Source: Lytechinus pictus (lineage: Eukaryota). Taken from it: a stretch of 36,736 nt of DNA. The stretch's first letter is position 1. Each line of letters opens with the position of its first letter. A program made the position numbers and the translations under genes. The DNA is taken from contig NC_087262.1 in NCBI RefSeq assembly GCF_037042905.1, positions 21,665,265 to 21,702,000 on the forward strand, in the 5' to 3' direction. Below the pieces are notes generated by a model. That model did not search any database. It saw only the letters and a list, made by a program, of their open reading frames with translations, and was not told where the DNA came from. Below are positions 33,293 to 36,736 of the stretch, piece by piece.

Positions 33293-33707
33293 CCTATGAT
33301 GTACGCCGTGTATGACATTCGCTGATCCCACCTAGACAAATCTGGGGTGCATGAGCACTGTGAAGCACCCCCACTTCCTTTGCAGGACCATGCATGGGAG
33401 TAGGGCATGCAAATTCCTTCTAAAATAGCCACTCATAAGTGAGCAAAGACTATGATATTCTTAATACGAAAAGCTTATTCTTTTATAGATTTTGACAGAA
33501 AATATCGTATTTCACTCTTTTTCAATTTTCTTTTCTCCCCTTTTAACTTTTCCGGTGGCTTTTTGGTCGTTGATCCCTGCGTTGAACCATGGTAATAGGT
33601 CCATGGTTGAACTTATATGAAGAGCGAGAGTTTACTGAACTCGATCGACGCATCAAAGCATTGCGAATAACAAACAAGATGACACACTCATCGAAATATT
33701 GTAATAC

Positions 33708-33747
33708 GACGTGCGCATTAAACGGCGCGCCGTTGAATGCGCACGTC
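33708..33747. repeat. 40-bp spacerless palindrome (19 of 20 pairs)
   Basis: GACGTGCGCATTAAACGGCG|CGCCGTTGAATGCGCACGTC. Confidence 0.95.
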
Positions 33748-34033
33748 ACCTATTCAGTCGACTACTATATTGTACCTAATTCACATGGGTTGGTCCAATT
33801 GTCGCCATTTCAAATAACTAGTTGGTCCAATAGGAATAGCCAATTAGTGTACTTGTTTTCTAATTGGTCAATAATACCCACTCTGTCCACTATGAATAGC
33901 ATGAACTGCATGCATGAATAGGGGCGGCACCATAATGTTTTGCGATGGGGAGGGGGGGGGGGGTCAAGATAAAGATTTTGTATTTTTTTCTCACTTGAAT
34001 AAAACGAGTTGTATATAATAATATAACCTAGGC

Positions 34034-34289
34034 CAGTGGCGTACAGATGGGGGCTTGGGGACTGCTTGCCCCCCCAAAAAAAATCACGACCAAGAGAATA
34101 AAATAGAAAAAGGAAAGAAGGGTGAAATATGATATTATTTTCTGAATATTATGCTTAAATCTTTCAAAAAAATTGGTTCTTTTTAATAGAAATTTTGCAA
34201 TTTTTGTTCGCACGCAACTTTTTGTTATTTTTTCCCCACTCATACATCATATCTGGCCCCCTCAAAAATGTTGGCTCATTACGCCACTG
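34034..34289. mobile_element. Free-standing hAT-like MITE (256 bp)
   Basis: TIRs CAGTGGCGTA / TACGCCACTG; degenerate flanks acctaggc / gcccagac (5 of 8, all differences transitions). Confidence 0.8.
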
Positions 34290-35091
34290 GCCCAGACCTT
34301 GCCATTTTACACAAATTACACTCTTCCTTCTTCTCTTTTCCCTTTTATTCCTCGTTTATCTCTTTTTCTTCTTTCACTACTTGATAATGGTGGAGATTTA
34401 ATGAAAATCCATCAAAGAATAAGAAAGTTATGAATTTTTATAACTTTAATTTGTGACATCAAATACGGACAGCTCTCCCATATATCATAATATAAATTTA
34501 CATAGTAATGGAACATGATGAATAAAATTAGTTTTCTTATAGAAGGGAATATGAAAATGATGTTTCTCATGAAATCTGCACAAATTAAGTTACCTTCATT
34601 TTTTTCAGAAAATGGAATTTCAGGAAATTTGTATGACGTGACATGATGGTTGCTCTTCGTACGTGAGATCACAAAAAATTTACGTAACATTGAAAAAAAA
34701 ACCGGAAGTGCCGGCCAATCCCGTTATTAAAATCAAATGGATGTTTGGCCTGCAGAGCAAAGCTTGCCGAGTGCGAGAGGGAGGGGGGGGGGGGGGGTGG
34801 AGGTGAAGTGTCCATCGCCTGATCGCCACCCCTTTCAGCATCATAGTTCTTCATTCAGCTCAAACTATAAAGGACTTCAGACTTGAAAATAATTTTATGC
34901 TCGTATTGAGGAGTACCAAAGTTTGACGTCATCAATTTTCACTTTTTTTTTCACATCAGCGTTTTTGACACCATATTTTGGTAGAACATGATGAAAAACC
35001 GCCACAACCCAAATTTGGTGGATCGAATCAGTCCATGGGGCCCCAAGATATGACCTCATGAATACATACCTGTCCCATATTGTATGGCAGT

Positions 35092-35713
35092 GTGTCCAAA
35101 CTTCGCGCGTGTCCATACTTCGCGGACGGTCCTTATCTCAAATAACTAGCCAATATCCTTAAAATCTGACATCATCAACGTGAAAAGCGACCTAAAATTA
35201 CCGTATAATGAAAATTTCTTTAGGATGAGTTCAGTATTCATGAAAATATTGGCAAAAGATCGGCAAATTTGTCACCGCTAGCGCCCGTTTTGAAGAAATC
35301 ACAAGCATCACGATATCACCATTTTGCAAGCAGAAATCATCAAAAATGTGAGTTAAATGTGGTACTAACCGATTCCATAGCATTTTGCCATCAATCTGAT
35401 TTAATTTTTCACTTTTTGAACTTGAGTTTTTGTTTAAATCTCCACAAAAGCTTTGGTGCGCAAAGTTAGGTCACACTTTTCTGAACGGTTTTCCAGCACA
35501 GCCCGCATTCGCCGATCGGAATAGAATTTTGAGATCGCGATACCGGCGAAACCCCTTGACCTACTTTACATTTTCGTCCATGATTTTATAGTTTACGATC
35601 TTGCCGTCAATGTGGTAACTATTTCTTGAATTGGTTTTGTATAAATTATGAATATTTTGTGAACAAAATTATGCCTGATGAATATTTTTGAAAAGTGCGC
35701 GAAGTTTGGACAC
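35092..35713. mobile_element. Probable non-autonomous DNA transposon bounded by 17-bp inverted repeats
   Basis: GTGTCCAAACTTCGCGC (35092-35108, with a tandem variant at 35109-35125) and GCGCGAAGTTTGGACAC (35697-35713). True termini and TSD not resolved. Confidence 0.65.
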
Positions 35714-35717
35714 CCCA

Positions 35718-36052
35718 CCCAGGACAAAAATCCAATTGAAACCAGTTGGATTTCCAACTGGTTTCAATTGGTTTCAATTGGTTTCAACTGGTTTCAATTG
35801 GTTTTAACTGGAATATAACAATTTCCAATTGAAACCAATTGAAACCAGTTGGGCAACTGGAAATCCTAACTGGAACCAGTTGGGTAACTGGAAATGACTT
35901 CCAACTGGAAATGATTTCTAACTGGAACCTGTTGGGTAACTGGAAATCCTAACTGGAACCAGTTGGGTAACTGGAAATGATTTGTAACTGGAACCAGTTG
36001 GGAAACTGGAAATCCTAACTGGAACCAGTTGGGTAACTGGAAATCCTAACCG
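35718..36052. repeat. Array of 10-bp AAYTGGTTTC/GAAACCARTT units in both orientations, grading into a roughly 31-bp unit
   Basis: (caattggttt)n followed by the inverted ccaattgaaaccaattgaaaccagttgg, then aactggaaccagttgggtaactggaaatcct repeats. Confidence 0.85.
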
Positions 36053-36053
36053 G

Positions 36054-36736
36054 CTACAAATTATGGTGAAGCCAATTTAAAAGGATGTGAGGCAAGCCTC
36101 AATGGAGGTTTTTAAAAAGAATAAACTGTATTATGGTGAAGCCAATTTAAAAGGAGGTGATCGAGGCAAGTTTCAATGGAGGTTTTAAAAAATAAACTGT
36201 ATTATGGTGAAGCCAATTTAAAAGGAGGTGAGGCAAGTTTCAATTGAGGTTTTTTAAAAGAATAAACTGTACTACAAATTTGAAAGGAGGTGAGGCAAGT
36301 TTCAATGGAGGTTTTTAAAAAGAATAAACTGTACTACAAATTTAAAAGGAGGCGAGGCAAGTTTCAATGGAGGTTTTTAAAAAATAATAAACTGTACTAC
36401 AAATTATGGTGAAGCCAATTTAAAAGGAGGTGAGGCAAGTTTCAATGGAGGTTTTTAAAAAGAATAAACTGTACTACAAATTATGGTGAAGCCAATTCAA
36501 AAGGAGGTGAGGCAAGTTTCAATGGAGGTTTAAAAAAATAAACTGTATTATGGTGAAGCCAATTTAAAAGGAGGTGAGGCAAGTTTCAATTGAGGTTTTT
36601 TAAAAGAATAAACTGTACTACAAATTTGAAAGGAGGTGAGGCAAGATTCAATGGAGGTTTTTAAAAAGAATAAACTGTATTACAAGTTATGGTGAAGCCA
36701 ATTTAAAAGGAGGTGAGGCAAGCCTCAATGGAGGTT
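36054..36736. repeat. Tandem satellite, about 61-78 bp monomers, running off the window end
   Basis: About 10 copies of (ttatggtgaagccaa)tttaaaaggaggtgaggcaagtttcaatggaggtttttaaaaagaataaactgta. Confidence 0.95.

Noticed and set aside
28505-33432. Paired similar ORFs (for example LARFARS-containing) as a duplicated gene or transposase
   Set aside because: They derive from gcgagcgaagcgagc motifs and pyrimidine tracts in non-coding MITE copies; frames are not conserved between copies and no DDE motif is seen.
34400-35090. Further transposon-like fragments
   Set aside because: They look repeat-derived, but no TIR pair or TSD could be established from this window alone.
36054-36736. CRISPR-like periodic array
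   Set aside because: No unique spacers, the whole monomer repeats, there are no cas genes, and the context is eukaryotic.

Overview
AT-rich, intron-rich eukaryotic (animal) genomic DNA. The repeat landscape (L2/Crack LINE relics, hAT-type MITEs) resembles a marine invertebrate such as a sea urchin; this is inference only. Two protein-coding genes lie tail-to-tail. (1) On the + strand is the 3' part of a gene (exons 115-10752) encoding a long Ser/Pro/acidic tail with an NPxY motif and a C-terminal class I PDZ-binding motif (TTIL*), tentatively a PCDH15/Cad99C/CDH23-like cadherin tail. It has a 21-nt microexon and two further candidate cassette exons. (2) On the - strand is a complete 7-exon glyoxylate/hydroxypyruvate reductase gene (GRHPR; CDS 27474-18772, 371 aa), with a 46-aa Arg-rich N-terminal extension ahead of a second in-frame ATG. 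Each gene has a 5'-truncated LINE in an intron. The rest is non-autonomous DNA transposons (several with readable TIRs and TSDs, including two independent insertions of a 1.6-1.7 kb composite element carrying a nested MITE), a GT-rich minisatellite, terminal satellites and a 40-bp palindrome. No prokaryote-type system, CRISPR array, tRNA or rRNA was seen. I cannot support a claim of a wholly new biological system. The best leads are dual-start GRHPR, the cassette/microexon set, the nested MITE, a 6-bp-TSD element and two unexplained CpG-rich structures. All coordinates were read by hand.
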